Assembly (NCBI GenBank): GCA_963714515.1
Contig: CAVQOU010000001.1
Location: 205,637-269,636, forward strand
From: an uncultured Deinococcaceae bacterium
Lineage (GTDB): Bacteria; Deinococcota; Deinococci; Deinococcales; Deinococcaceae
Direction of reading: 5' to 3'
DNA: 64,000 bases
The first letter of the stretch is position 1. Each line of letters opens with the position of its first letter. This document shows positions 1 to 16,362 of this stretch, piece by piece. A model generated the notes under the pieces. That model searched no databases and had not been told where the DNA came from. It saw nothing but the letters and a program-made list of their open reading frames with translations. A program made the position numbers and the translations under genes.

Positions 1-1155
1 AGCGCGGGTTTCTCCTGTCCGATGGCCTTGATCACCGTATCGCATGCAATGACAAACTCGCTGCCCGCCACCGGCTGAGGGCGGGGCCGTCCCGAAGCGT
101 CCGGCGCAGCCGAGGACCATCTTGACGCACCTCAGGCCCGTCACCTGGCCGCTTTGTGACTCAGCACCTCAACCGGCTGCGTCAAAAAGGTAAAGCCGAT
201 GCCCTCGTGCAGCGCGAATTCGTACTCGTGGCGGTAAGCGGTCATCTCGTTCTCGGTGCGGCGGTAGACCATGGTCACGTCCGCTCCGGCGCGGCGGGCC
301 ATGGTGGCGGCGTCGATGGCGGTGTTGCCCGCGCCGATGACCACGGCTTTTTTGCCGGGCTGCAAGCTGGCCGGATCGAGCTTGGCCTGCTCGATGAACT
401 CAAGGCCGTCGATCAGGTGTTCTTCGCCGGGAATGCCCATCGCCGGAACCGCGCCGAGGCCCAGCGCCAGAAACACCGCGTCGTGCTCGGCCAGCAGAAT
501 GTCGAGCTCGGCCGCGCCGCTCAGTTCGCGCCCGGTCTGCACGTCCACGCCCAGCGCCCGCACGGCCTCGACTTCGCGCAGGGCCACCTCGACCGGTTCG
601 CGCAGACTGATGATGCCGTAGGTGCTCAGGCCGCCGCCGAGTTCACGTTTTTCCAGCAGGGTGACGGCGTGGCCCCGTTTGGCGAGTTCGGCGGCGGCGC
701 TCAGTCCGGCGGGGCCGCTGCCCACCACCGCCACGCTGTTTCCGGTGGGCGCTCCCGCCGTAAACAGCTGAAGGCCGCGCTCCTGCACGTGGTCCACGGC
801 GTGGCGCTGCAAGCGGCCGATCTGAATCGGCTTGTGGTCGGCTCCCAGCACGCAGGCCCCCTCGCAGAGTTCCTGCACCGGGCAGACGCGGGCGCAGGTG
901 CCGCCCAGAAAGTTGGCTTCCAGAGATGGTGCGGGCGCTGCCGCGCAGATTGTCGGTGCTGATCTTGCGGATAAAGGTCGGGATGTCGATGTGGGTGGGG
1001 CAGGCGTGCATGCACGGCGCGTCGTAGCAGTACAGGCAGCGGCTAGACTCCACCGCCGCTTCGTGCGCGGTCATCGGCGGCAGCAGTTCTTGCCAGGCGC
1101 TGCCGGACGGTGAGAAATCGGGTGCGGCGTCGGTGGGCGGCGTAAACGTCGTCAT
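1..1155 (-). CDS. preT: Dihydropyrimidine dehydrogenase subunit A / GltD-like Fe-S NAD(P)-dependent oxidoreductase; runs off the window edge; apparent frameshifts near 925 and 150
   Basis: RCLYCYDAPCMHACP cluster motif, CARVCP/LCEGAC split across frames, two Rossmann motifs (GSGPAG, GAGNTAID); AGGAGGT RBS upstream of ATG 1155. Confidence 0.8.
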
Positions 1156-1361
1156 GACAGACCTCCTGAACACGGCGGAGCAAAAAGAGGTCGGTTCACG
1201 CCCTCACAGGAGCCGGATTAACCGATGAGTCAGGGTATGCGCTGCTGCGGCGGGGGTCAAGCTCAGCCCTCAGGTGACCGGCTGGCGCACTGGGGGGATC
1301 AATAAACACTTCTCTGGCGCAGCGCGACGCCGGCCGTTGCCACGCCCGCCACCCTCACGTC

Positions 1362-1389
1362 TTGACCTGACCTAAAGAAAGTGTATACT
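1362..1389 (+). promoter_or_regulatory. Putative sigma70 promoter of xylAB
   Basis: TTGACC-N16-TATACT upstream of xylA. Confidence 0.55.
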
Positions 1390-1400
1390 TCACCCATAGA

Positions 1401-1412
1401 GAAATCGTTTTC
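1401..1412. promoter_or_regulatory. LacI-type operator-like near-palindrome GAAATCGTTTTC
   Basis: One mismatch from GAAAACGTTTTC, central CG, just downstream of the predicted -10. Confidence 0.45.
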
Positions 1413-1551
1413 GTTGTTCTAAAGACCGGACTGCTGGGTACGACTGGCGGTCTTCGCCCTTGCTTTTTCGCCCAAATAGATTGGCGAATTCATTGTTGTA
1501 ATGAAGTTCCACCTTTGTTGACCGGTCTTTTACGCCCCTATAAGGAGACTT

Positions 1552-2716
<1,165 letters not shown>

Positions 2717-2718
2717 GC

Positions 2719-4176
<1,458 letters not shown>

Positions 4177-4277
4177 CAGCGCCCTGAATTCTCCGCACAA
4201 CACCCCCTTTGCCCCCGCGCCCACGAGTAAGCTGGGCTTATGCTTCCCGCCTTCTTCCCTATTCCAGGGCCCCAACC

Positions 4278-5264
4278 TTGACCCGCGTTCTCGTGACCGG
4301 CGCACTCGGCCAGGTCGGCACCGAACTGACCTCGGCGCTGCGCCGCGTTTACGGCGTCTCGGAAGTCCTGGCCACTGACATCCGCACGCCCGCGCCGGGC
4401 CACCCCGCCCTGCTCGGCCCGTTTGCCTTGCTCGACGGGCTGGACGCGGAGGGCCTGCTCAGTACCGTGCAGCGCGGAGGCGTTCAGGAGATTTACCACC
4501 TCGCCGCGCTGCTCTCGGCGGTGGCCGAGGCCAAGCCCGACCTGGCCTGGCAGCTCAATATGCAGAGCCTGATCAACGTGCTGGACGTGGCCCGCCAGAC
4601 CGGGTGCCGGGTCTTTGCGCCGAGTTCCATTGCGGTGTTCGGCCCCGAAACGCCGCGCGACCTCGCCCCACAACTCACCATTCAGCGCCCGACGAGTATG
4701 TACGGCGTGACCAAGGTGGCCGGAGAACTGCTCTGCGACGATTACGCCCGCCGCTACGGCGTGGACGTGCGCGGGCTCAGGTATCCGGGACTGATCTCGG
4801 CCTCGGCCCCGCCGGGGGGCGGCACCACCGATTACAGCGTGGAGATGTACCACGCGGCGGCAAAGGGTGAAGCGTACACCTGCTTTCTCTCGCCGGGCAG
4901 CGCCCTGGAAATGCTGTTTATGCCCGACGCGGTGCGGGCCACCCTGGAACTGATGGCCGCCCCCAGAGAAGGGCTGCGCTACCCCAACGCCTACAACCTG
5001 GCGGGCATGAGCCTGACGCCCGCCGCCATCGCCGCCGAGATCAGGCGGCAGCTGCACCGCTTTGAGCTGCCACATTTTGAGGTGAGCTACGCGCCCGACC
5101 CGCTGCGTCAGTCGATCGCCGACGGCTGGCCGCGCAGCATCGACGACGCGGCGGCCCGCCAGGACTGGGGCTGGCGGCCCGCCTACGACCTGGGGCGGAT
5201 GACCGGCGAGATGCTCTCGGCGCTGACCCACCACCACACCGGAGGACCCACCCATGGCGCTTGA
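4278..5264 (+). CDS. tdh: SDR-type L-threonine 3-dehydrogenase (NAD-dependent epimerase/dehydratase family); start uncertain
   Basis: VTGALGQVG, YHLAALLSA, PSSIAVFG, YGVTK, PGGGTTDY; overlaps kbl. Confidence 0.85.
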   Translation: MTRVLVTGALGQVGTELTSALRRVYGVSEVLATDIRTPAPGHPALLGPFALLDGLDAEGLLSTVQRGGVQEIYHLAALLSAVAEAKPDLAWQLNMQSLINVLDVARQTGCRVFAPSSIAVFGPETPRDLAPQLTIQRPTSMYGVTKVAGELLCDDYARRYGVDVRGLRYPGLISASAPPGGGTTDYSVEMYHAAAKGEAYTCFLSPGSALEMLFMPDAVRATLELMAAPREGLRYPNAYNLAGMSLTPAAIAAEIRRQLHRFELPHFEVSYAPDPLRQSIADGWPRSIDDAAARQDWGWRPAYDLGRMTGEMLSALTHHHTGGPTHGA

Positions 5265-6473
5265 CCGCTTTTCTCAACTCGCCCAGCAAGAACTTGACGC
5301 CCTCAGCGCCGAAGGCAAGCGCAAAAGTGTCGAGGCCGTCGTTGAGCGGGTGATTCAACCAAAAGACGAGCGCGGCCCCCGCGTTCTGTTGCGCGGCGAC
5401 CGCCAGCCGTATCTGCGGATGAACGCCAACAGTTACCTCGGCCTGACGTTTCACCCCGAGTTGATTCGCGCCGACGAGGAAGCGGTGCGGGCGTACGGCG
5501 TCGGCCCCGGCGCGGTGCGCTTTATCAGCGGCACGTACTTGCCGCACGTCGAGCTGGAAGCGCGGCTCGTCGGCATTTCACGGCGCGGGAGGCGGCCATG
5601 ATCTTCAGCTCGGCCTACGCCACCGTGCTGAGCGTGCTGAGCAGCTTGATCACGCCGCAGACGGCCGTCATCAGTGACGAACTCAACCACAACTGCATCA
5701 TCAACGCGGTGCGGTTGTCGCGCCCGGCCAGCAAGGCGGTGTATCCGCACCTGAGCCTGGAGGGCCTGGAGCAGCAGCTCACGGCGGCGCGGGGCGCGAC
5801 GCGGGCGTTGGTGGTCACCGACGGCATCTTCTCGATGCGCGGAGCGCACGCGCCGCTGGCCGAGATCGCGGCCCTTTGCCGCGCCCACGACGCCCACTTT
5901 CCCGAGGGCGTTCTGCTGGTCGTGGACGACTCCCACGGGGTCGGCGCGTTCGGAGAGACGGGGCGCGGCACCGAGGAGTTTACCGGCACGCAGGCCGATG
6001 TCTTGATCGGCACGCTCGGCAAGGCCTTTGGCGTCAACGGCGGCTACGTCACCGGGCCGCAAGTCCTAATCGACTATCTGCGCGAAAAATCGCCCACCTA
6101 CATCTACTCCAACCCGATCACGGCGGGCGAGGCGGCGGCGGCGCGGGCGGCCTTAGACCTGACCGACAGCGCCTGGGGCGTGGAGCGCCTGGCCAAGTTG
6201 CGTGGCCTGACCCAGCACTTCCGCAGCGGCCTCCAGGCGGGCGGCTTTGAAACGCTGGACGGTCATCACCCGGTGGTGCCGCTGTTTGTGCGCGATCAGG
6301 CCAAACTGACGGCCCGCATTGCCGATTTGCGCTCCAAGGGTATTCTCGCCACTGGGATTTCTTATCCGGTGGTGCCGCGCGGCGACGAGAGCGTGCGGTT
6401 TCAGGTTAACGCCGACCAGACGATCAGTGATCTGGACGAGGTCTTGAAGGCGTTGGAAGCTCCCCTTTCTTAA
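5254..6473 (+). CDS. kbl: Glycine C-acetyltransferase (2-amino-3-ketobutyrate CoA ligase, PLP class II); frameshift(s) near 5570-5590
   Basis: ANSYLGL, AVRFISGT, SDELNH, TDGIFSM, DDSHGVG, GTLGKA; linked to tdh. Confidence 0.85.
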
Positions 6474-6554
6474 GGGCAATAGGCTTATGGACAGCGGGTC
6501 TCCTCCGGTCTGATCGTTTCAAACTCAGCCTGGCGAAGACCCGTTCTCGCTCAT

Positions 6555-8257
6555 TCAGCGAAAGGCCCCAGCGCACCAGGCGGTGGTGTCTCCCCAGCCG
6601 CCCGCATTGGTGGCCCAGTGCGCGGCCACAAACCCGGTGCCGGTTGAGCGTCTGACCGTCATGGTGTTGGTGTTGCCGTTGTTCCAGACGGCGGCAATAT
6701 CGCTGCGCTTGTCTCCATCGTAATCGCCCACCACCCATTTGACCGCCTGGCCCTGAATCCAGCCGCCGTCACGCACGCTCCAGGCGGTTGGGTCCGAGAA
6801 GCTCGCTCCTGCCGACAGGCTTACCGCAATGGAGTTCTGTCCCAGATCATTCCACAGCTCGGCCACATCGCTTCTGCCGTCGCCGTTAAAGTCGCCGCTG
6901 GCAAAGACCGAGGACTTTGACCAACTTCCGGCGTCAAGGAGCCAGTGGGCAGGAGCAAAGCCGCTGCCGGTGGACTGCCGAACCGTCAGGGTGGTGCGGC
7001 CACCGTTGTTCCAGGCCGCGCCGATATCGGTTTTACCGTCGCCGTTGAAGTCGCCCGCAAACCACTTGATGGACGCGTCCCAGCCGCCGTCGCGGTCACT
7101 CCACTGGGTCCAGCCGGGAAATTTGCTGCCGTCCGAGAGAAACACCGCTGCCGACGTCTTGCCGCCGTTGTTCCAGACACCCGCCACATCGGCTTTGCCG
7201 TCGCCGTTGAAGTCGCCGGGCAGCCAGACGGTACTGTTGATCCAGCCGCCCGCCTCCGCCAGCCAGTGGACCTGCTGAAACTTGCTGCCGGTGGACTGCC
7301 GCACCGTCAGGGTGTTGTGGCCGCCGTTGTTCCAGGCCGCGCCGATGTCGGTTTTGCCGTCGCCGTTGAAGTCGCCCGCGAACCATTTGACGGAGTCGCC
7401 CCAGCCGCCGTCGCGGTCACTCCACTGCGACCAGGAGAGAAACTTGCTGGTGTCGGAGGGGTATACCGCCACCGAGAGCTGGCCGCCGTTGTTCCACGCG
7501 CCCGCCAGCGACGCCGCAGACCGGGTGGGGGCCGAGGAGCAGCTGTTCTGCGCCGCCACATTGGGAAGGCGAACACCGTACACCGCCTGCACCCCCTCGA
7601 TGTCAATGTCGGTCAGGTTGCCGGTCATATTGCCGTCGCGGTTGCAGTAGTTCATGACCGAGTCGCGGTCATACGGCGTCAGTTGGGTGGTATTGGCCTC
7701 CACGCCCGAAGTCGCGCAGTGGCCGACCCCCGCCTCATTGCCCGGCGCGTCCTGCTCATGGATAAAGCCCAGGACGTGTCCGAACTCGTGCACGGCGACG
7801 TATTCCACCCGGCCCCGGTCGGCGCTGGCGTTCGGAATGAACGAGAGGTTGACGCCCGGATTGTTGTCTGCTGCGCTGCTCAGGGCGGCCATACCCAGGC
7901 GGGCCGACCCGCTCGCGCCCGCATTGTCGGTGCCCTGCGGAGAAATGCGAACGCGGACCTGCCTGAGGGTGGCCGTTGTTGCCGAGTGCCAGTCGTGGGC
8001 GCAAGTGCCCCAGGTGAAATTAAGGTTGGCGTACCGCGCCCAGGTTCCCATCACCGCCTGCCTGTCACGATCTTCTTTTCCCGGTCATAGCCAGGCGTTT
8101 CAAAGCACACCGGAATGGTATTGCCGTTGGCCCGCCAGTCCGGAACGTTGCGGATGGTCAGCGGCTGAGAGGTGCTGCCCACCCGCTCCTGGGCACTGGC
8201 TGCGCCCAACAGCAGACCGCCCAGAATGAAGCCACTCAGCAGGAAAGTTCTTTTCAT
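6555..8257 (-). CDS. Secreted zinc metalloprotease (astacin-like metzincin) fused to an FG-GAP/VCBS repeat beta-propeller; frameshift near 8055 separates the signal peptide
   Basis: Signal peptide MKRTFLLSGFILGGLLLGAASA (ORF 8051-8257), HEFGHVLGFIHEQ, Met-turn SVMNY, five GD(F/Y)xGDxxxD motifs. Confidence 0.85.
6558..7510 (-). repeat. Intragenic repeats: three ~105-aa two-blade units (~52 aa per blade)
   Basis: QWSDRDGGW...KWFAGDFNGDGKTDIGAAWNNGG..TLTVRQSTGS.F twice nearly identically plus a third diverged copy; visible at DNA level. Confidence 0.85.
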
Positions 8258-8538
8258 ACCGACCTCTTGGAAGGAAATGGGTGCAGCCCTTCCTGGCTGT
8301 GAATTCTGGGTTGGTTGGTTGCTGAGCGGCTCTCAGGCAGGCGAACAGGCCCCGCCGGTTTGGTTCCTGAAGCTTCTCCAGCTTAACGAGGCCCGGGTCC
8401 GGTCGTCTTGGAACCGCTTGTCCTGGCGTCTGGGACACGGCGCAGCCCTGAGGGGATCAACGGAACCAAGCCTCGTTCTTCCCCGCTCCTGCTGGACTTT
8501 CATTGTAAGCTTTTTCACCCCAGAGCAACGGAGCTTCC

Positions 8539-9411
8539 TTAGTCCTGGCCGCGCAGCCTCGGGTCGAGGATGTCGCGCAGGCTGTCGCCCAGCAGATTGA
8601 AGCCCAGCGAGGCCAGCAAGATGGCGAGGCCGCTGAACACGGCGGGCCAGGGTTGCAAGGTCAGAAAGCTGCGCGACTCGGAGAGCATCAGGCCCAGGCT
8701 GGGGTGGGGCGGCTGGGTGCCGAGGCCCAGAAACGACAGCGAGGCCTCCACCAGAATGGCCGTGGAGAGCGCCACCGACGTTTGCACCAGAATCACGGCG
8801 GTGAGGTTGGGCAGGATGTGGCGAAACACGATGCGGGCGTCCCTCGCGCCGAGGCCGTGCGCGGCGCTGACATAATCGCTTTCCTTCAAGATCAGCGCCG
8901 GGCCGCGCAGCAGCCGGGCAAACGTCGGGATATAGACGATGCCAATCGCCAGCGCGGTGTTGAGCTGCCCCTGGCCCAGCACCGCCACGATCCCGATCGC
9001 CAGCAAAATCACCGGAAAGGCCAGCAGCACATCCATAAAACGCATCACGATACGGTCAAACCAGCCGCCGAAATAGGCCGCCAGCGTGCCCAGCGTGCCG
9101 CCAATGAGGAGCGCCAGCAGCACTGCCCCCACCGAGACGCCCAGCGAGGCGCGGTAGCCGTAGAGAATGCGCCCGAAGGTGTCGCGCCCGAACTGATCGG
9201 AGCCGAGCCAGTGCTTGGCGGACGGCGGTCCCAGGCGGCCCAGGATGTCTTGCGCCAGCGGCCCCGCCGGAGCCAAGAGCGGCGCGGCGAGGGCCAGCAC
9301 CACCACCAGCACCGTCAGCAGCAAGCCGGTCAGGCCCAGCGGATTGCGGCTCAGCCGGGCCAGCAGACTCTGAGAGCGGCGCGGCGCAGCGGCGACCTCG
9401 GCGGCGCTCAC
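8539..9411 (-). CDS. Peptide/nickel-type ABC permease (DppC/OppC-like)
   Basis: HWLGSDQFGRD, EAA-like loop, EASLSFLGLG, FNLLGDSLRDILDPR. Confidence 0.92.
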   Translation of the reverse strand: MSAAEVAAAPRRSQSLLARLSRNPLGLTGLLLTVLVVVLALAAPLLAPAGPLAQDILGRLGPPSAKHWLGSDQFGRDTFGRILYGYRASLGVSVGAVLLALLIGGTLGTLAAYFGGWFDRIVMRFMDVLLAFPVILLAIGIVAVLGQGQLNTALAIGIVYIPTFARLLRGPALILKESDYVSAAHGLGARDARIVFRHILPNLTAVILVQTSVALSTAILVEASLSFLGLGTQPPHPSLGLMLSESRSFLTLQPWPAVFSGLAILLASLGFNLLGDSLRDILDPRLRGQD

Positions 9412-9421
9412 TGGGCGGCCT

Positions 9422-10372
9422 TCACTGGTACTCCACGCGCGGGTCAACCACTGCGTACAGCAGGTCCACCACGAAGTTGATGACCACGAAGCCCGCCGTC
9501 ACCACCAGAATGGCTCCCTGCACCAGCGCGTAGTTGCGCTCGTTGATGGCCCCCACGATCAGCCGCCCGAAGCCCGGAATGGCAAAGACCTGCTCGACGA
9601 CGATCGCGCCGCCGAAGAGGTAGCCGGCCTGAATGCCCAGCACCGTCAGCAGCGGCACCAGCGCGTTTTTGAGGGCGTGCTTGTAGAGGACTTGCCGCTC
9701 CGGCAGGCCCTTGGCGCGGGCGGTCCGGACGAAATCCTGACTCAGCACCTCCAGGAGAGACGAGCGCAGAATCCTCACCAGGCCCGCCAGCAGCGGCAGC
9801 GCCAGCGCCACCGTCGGCAGGAAGATGCGAGAGAGGTGTCCGGCGGGATTTTCACTGAACGGCACGTAGCCGATGGTCGACCACTTCGGAAACAGCACAA
9901 AGGCCAGGTAGATAAACAGCGTGCCGAGCCAGAAGGCGGGCGTGGTGATGCCGACAATCGTGAAGAAGCGGATCAAGCGCTCTAAGGTGGAGTTTCGCCA
10001 GGCGGCGGTCAGGATGCCCAGCGGCACGGCCAGCAGCGTGGCCAGAATCAGCGGCAGCACCGTCAGTTCGGCGGTGATCGGTAAGCGGGCCAGAATCTCA
10101 CGGCTGACCGGCGCACCGGTCCAGACGCTCTGGCCCAGGTTGCCGCTCAGGGCCGCCGTCAGCCAGCCCCAGTACTGGGTCAGGACCGGCTGATCCAGGC
10201 CCAGTTTGCTGCGCAGCTGGGCGATCTGCTGCGGCGTGACCTCGGTGTTGGCTCCCAGCATGATCTGCACCGCGTCGCCGGGAATCAGGCGAATCATCAG
10301 AAAGACCAGTACCGAGACGCCCAGCAGCACCACCGCCAGATCAAGGGCGCGTTTGGTCAGAAATTGCAGCAT
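9422..10372 (-). CDS. Peptide/nickel-type ABC permease (DppB/OppB-like)
   Basis: LIPGD, GLDQP, DFVRTARAKG, HALKNA, DLLYAVVDPRV. Confidence 0.93.
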   Translation of the reverse strand: MLQFLTKRALDLAVVLLGVSVLVFLMIRLIPGDAVQIMLGANTEVTPQQIAQLRSKLGLDQPVLTQYWGWLTAALSGNLGQSVWTGAPVSREILARLPITAELTVLPLILATLLAVPLGILTAAWRNSTLERLIRFFTIVGITTPAFWLGTLFIYLAFVLFPKWSTIGYVPFSENPAGHLSRIFLPTVALALPLLAGLVRILRSSLLEVLSQDFVRTARAKGLPERQVLYKHALKNALVPLLTVLGIQAGYLFGGAIVVEQVFAIPGFGRLIVGAINERNYALVQGAILVVTAGFVVINFVVDLLYAVVDPRVEYQ

Positions 10373-10425
10373 GGGTGACCTGGTGGGAGCGGGGCAGCAG
10401 TCTGGACGCCCGGCCCGTTCACTGC

Positions 10426-11949
10426 CTACTTCCCAAGCCAGGTGGTCTTGAAGGCCGCCAGCGAGCGCGTGGGGTTGGGCGTGAAGCCGTTGACGTTGTT
10501 CTGGGCCGCCGAGTAAAGCGCACCGTAGGCGAGGAAGGCCACCGGGCCTTTGCAGGCCACCAGCTGTTGCAGCTTGGTGTAAATCTGGATGCGCTTGCCG
10601 GTGGTGGTGGCGCTGCGGCCCTGTTCAAGGAGCTTGTCGACCGCCGGATCAGCGTACTTGAAGACGTTGGTGGAGCCGCCGGAAATCAGCGTGCGGTAGA
10701 GCTGACCGTCGGGGTCCACCGAGCCGCCGTTGAGCGACACGAAGGCGTCGAAGTTGGAGTTGCGCCAGTTCTGCACGAAGCTGCCGAATTCCTGCACGTC
10801 GATCTTGGCGCGGAAGCCCGAGGCGGCGAGTTCGGCTTGCAGCACCTGCGCGGCGTCCGAGACGGTCTTGATGGTGTTGAACGTCAGAATCGAAAAGTCC
10901 ACGCCGTTCGGGTACCCGGCCTGCCTCAGCAGCTCTTTGGCCTTGTCGGGGCTGTAGGTGTAGCAGGCAAAGCTGCTGACCGGCTGGGCGAACTGCTTGA
11001 CGGCCGGCGGAATCGGACCCGCCGGCACCGCGTCACCGAAATACACGCCCTGCACGATCTCGGGACGGTTGATGGCGTAGTTGAGCGCCTCGCGCACGCG
11101 GGCATCGTTAAACGGCTTGCGGGTCACGTTGACGCCCAGCAGGCTGTACGACAGGTCCTGCGACTTGATCAGCTTGACGCCCGCCGCATTCTTGAGGGTG
11201 GCGGCCAGGCTGGCGTCGATGTTCGGCAGAAAGTGGTACGTCCCGCTTTGCAGCCCGATCTGGCGGGTGGAGGCGTCCGGCACGATGGTGTACTTCAGCG
11301 CGTCGAGGTACGGCTGGCCCTTGGCCCAGTAAGTGGGATTCTTGGCGAGCTGCACGTAGGTATCCGGCACCCACTCCTTGAGCGAGAAGGGACCGGTGCC
11401 CACCGCCTTGCGCTGCAAATCGCCGCCGCCCGTCACGTACTTCTTGTCGACGATGGCGATGGTGGCGACCTCGCTCAGAAACGGGGCGAAGGGCTTACTC
11501 AGCACGAAGGTCACTTCCAGCGGCCCGGTCACCTTGATGTCTTTGACGGCGCTGAGGCGGCTGGCCAGCGGCGAGGCGGTCTTGGGGTCCTTGACCCGGT
11601 CCATGCTGAACTCCACGTCGGCGGCGCTCAGCGGATCGCCGTTGTGAAACTTGACGCCGGGGCGCAGGGTGAAGGTGTAGGTCAGGCCGTCTTTGCTCTT
11701 GACATATTTGCTGGCCAGCAGCGGCTTGATCTTGAGATTGGCGTCGACGTCGAGCAGGCCCTCGTAGAGCTGCCCGGTCACCACAAAGGTCGAGAAGGCG
11801 GTGGCCACATGCGGGTCCAGGCCCACCGGCGACTGGTCCACCGCGATCTGCAGGGTGCCGCCGCGCGTGACCGTCTGGGCCTGAACGGACTGGAGTTGCG
11901 TGCCGAGCAGCAGCGCGGCGCAGAGAACCCACTTGGTGGCATGCTTCAT
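10426..11949 (-). CDS. ABC substrate-binding protein, family 5
   Basis: Signal peptide, [44 protein letters not shown]. Confidence 0.93.
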   Translation of the reverse strand: MKHATKWVLCAALLLGTQLQSVQAQTVTRGGTLQIAVDQSPVGLDPHVATAFSTFVVTGQLYEGLLDVDANLKIKPLLASKYVKSKDGLTYTFTLRPGVKFHNGDPLSAADVEFSMDRVKDPKTASPLASRLSAVKDIKVTGPLEVTFVLSKPFAPFLSEVATIAIVDKKYVTGGGDLQRKAVGTGPFSLKEWVPDTYVQLAKNPTYWAKGQPYLDALKYTIVPDASTRQIGLQSGTYHFLPNIDASLAATLKNAAGVKLIKSQDLSYSLLGVNVTRKPFNDARVREALNYAINRPEIVQGVYFGDAVPAGPIPPAVKQFAQPVSSFACYTYSPDKAKELLRQAGYPNGVDFSILTFNTIKTVSDAAQVLQAELAASGFRAKIDVQEFGSFVQNWRNSNFDAFVSLNGGSVDPDGQLYRTLISGGSTNVFKYADPAVDKLLEQGRSATTTGKRIQIYTKLQQLVACKGPVAFLAYGALYSAAQNNVNGFTPNPTRSLAAFKTTWLGK

Positions 11950-12010
11950 TCCTTCCTCCCGGCCCACCGCCTCGGCGGACCCCTGCTCGAGCGTTCAACG
12001 GTCTGGGGGG

Positions 12011-12039
12011 AGTCTAGCTGGACAACTGGTGGTATGCAA
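12011..12039 (-). promoter_or_regulatory. Putative sigma70 promoter for the ABC operon
   Basis: Minus strand TTGCAT-N17-TAGACT. Confidence 0.6.
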
Positions 12040-12047
12040 GTGGTATT
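12030..12047. promoter_or_regulatory. Direct-repeat operator TGGTATG-CAAG-TGGTATT (11-bp period)
   Basis: Overlaps the ABC -35 and the anmK -10 (TATTAT); same pattern at 35325-35342. Confidence 0.6.
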
Positions 12048-12057
12048 ATCGTCGCCG

Positions 12058-13249
12058 ATGGAGAACTCGCCGCAGAGTCGCCCGCCCCGCGGTGCTGGGC
12101 CTGATGACCGGCACCAGCGTGGACGGCATTGACGCGGTACTGACTGAGCTGCCGGGGTATCCGGAACTGGGCGCGTCTGGAACGGCCCCCCCGCTCAGCG
12201 GCCCCGCGCCCCGCGTCACGGTGCTGGAGCACCACTTCACCCCGTTCCGCGACGATTTGCGGGCCGCGCTCCTCGCGGCTGGCCGTAATGAGGCGACCAC
12301 CAGCGATTTGACCCAGCTGGGTTTCTGGCTGGGCGAGGCGCTGGCCGAGGCCGCCGCCGAACTCGCCCGCGACGCCGACCTGATCGCCAGCCACGGCCAG
12401 ACGGTGCACCACATTCCCCACCTGGACGCGGCGCGTGGCTGGCACACCCGCTCCACCCTGCAGATCGGCGAGGCGGCAGTGATCGTGGAGCGTACAGGCA
12501 AGCCGGTCATCTCGGATTTCCGTCCGTCCGATCTGGCCGCAGGCGGGCAGGCCGCGCCGCTGGTGCCGTTTGCCGACCGCATCATGTACGCCGAGGCGGG
12601 GGTGCGCCGGGCCGTGCACAACCTCGGCGGCATCAGCAACCTGACCTACCTGCCGGGGCTGATTGAGTCGGGCGTGGTGGCCTTTGACACCGGCCCGGCC
12701 AACGCGCTGATCGACGAGGCCGCCGAGCTGTTCGGCCAGCGGCGCGACGAGGGCGGGCAGATGGGCGCGGGCGGCCACGTCGCCCAGAGTCTGGTGCAAA
12801 CCTGGCTGGACGATCCGTACCTCCGCGCCGCGCCGCCCAAATCCACCGGGCGCGAGCGCTGGAACTTGCAGGCCTTGCCGGGCGTCTACGAACTGGACGC
12901 GCCGGACATCGCCGCCAGCGTCACCGCCTTCAGCGCCCTGAGCATCGCCGACGCCTACCGGCGCTTCGTGTTGCCGCTGGGCCTCGACGAGATCGTGGTG
13001 GCGGGCGGCGGGGCGTACAACCCCACCCTGATGACCCACCTGCGGGCTGCCCTCTTTCCCATTCCGGTGCTGACCTTCGAGGAGCGCGGCTGGAACTCGG
13101 CGGCCCGCGAGGCGGCGGCCTTCGCGGTGCTGGGCTACTACGCTTATCAGGGCTGGCGCAACACCCTGCCGCAGACAACCGGAGCGCGGCACGCGGTGAT
13201 TGCCGGGAAGCTGTCGCGGCCTGTTGTGGACCAGCGCTCCCAGGGCTGA
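12058..13249 (+). CDS. anmK: Anhydro-N-acetylmuramic acid kinase; likely 1-nt indel near 12090, start uncertain
   Basis: [56 protein letters not shown]. Confidence 0.93.
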
Positions 13250-13329
13250 TGCCCAACTGACCGCTTCTTAAGTCAATCTCATACTTGCTTCAGGGCACGT
13301 CAGCGCCGGGCCCCTAGGCTGAAGTGACT

Positions 13330-14895
<1,566 letters not shown>

Positions 14896-14946
14896 TCAGG
14901 CACTGGCGCAGCCAGCTCTCCGGACACCTGCTTTAATAAGGCCGAT

Positions 14947-15227
14947 ATGGAAAAACTCAGTCTGACCGCCGAGGCCACCACAGGCCACTTCAGCGCCCTG
15001 CCTGCCCAGGTTGGCCGCCTCTTTTTCTCGGCTGGCACGGTGTTGCCGCCCAACAGCCACCTTCAAGACGAGATCTCTTTTATTCACAGCGGTGTCCTGC
15101 GGGCCGTCAGCGGCGGGCAAAGCACCACCCTGCGCGGCGGCGACGTGAGTTTTATTCCGGCGGGCGAACTCCACCAGGCCGAGGTGCTCGAAGACGTGAC
15201 ACTGAGCTATGTGCTGCTGGAACGCAC

Positions 15228-15231
<4 letters not shown>
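14947..15231 (+). CDS. Cupin domain protein
   Basis: SH..DEISFIHSG and GDVSFIPAGELH cupin motifs. Confidence 0.8.
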
Positions 15232-16298
<1,067 letters not shown>

Positions 16299-16362
16299 AA
16301 CGGCAAGATAGCGGCCCCCGGCCCAGAACAGCTTCCCTGGGCACGCTACAATTCCACCCCAG

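Noticed and set aside
1390-1551. Riboswitch or ncRNA in the long xylA leader
   Set aside because: No recognisable aptamer consensus or terminator/antiterminator by eye; would need an Rfam scan
6900-7450. Repeated DNA blocks that could be mistaken for a CRISPR array or mobile-element repeats
   Set aside because: They are in-frame coding repeats of the FG-GAP propeller, with no spacer structure or cas genes
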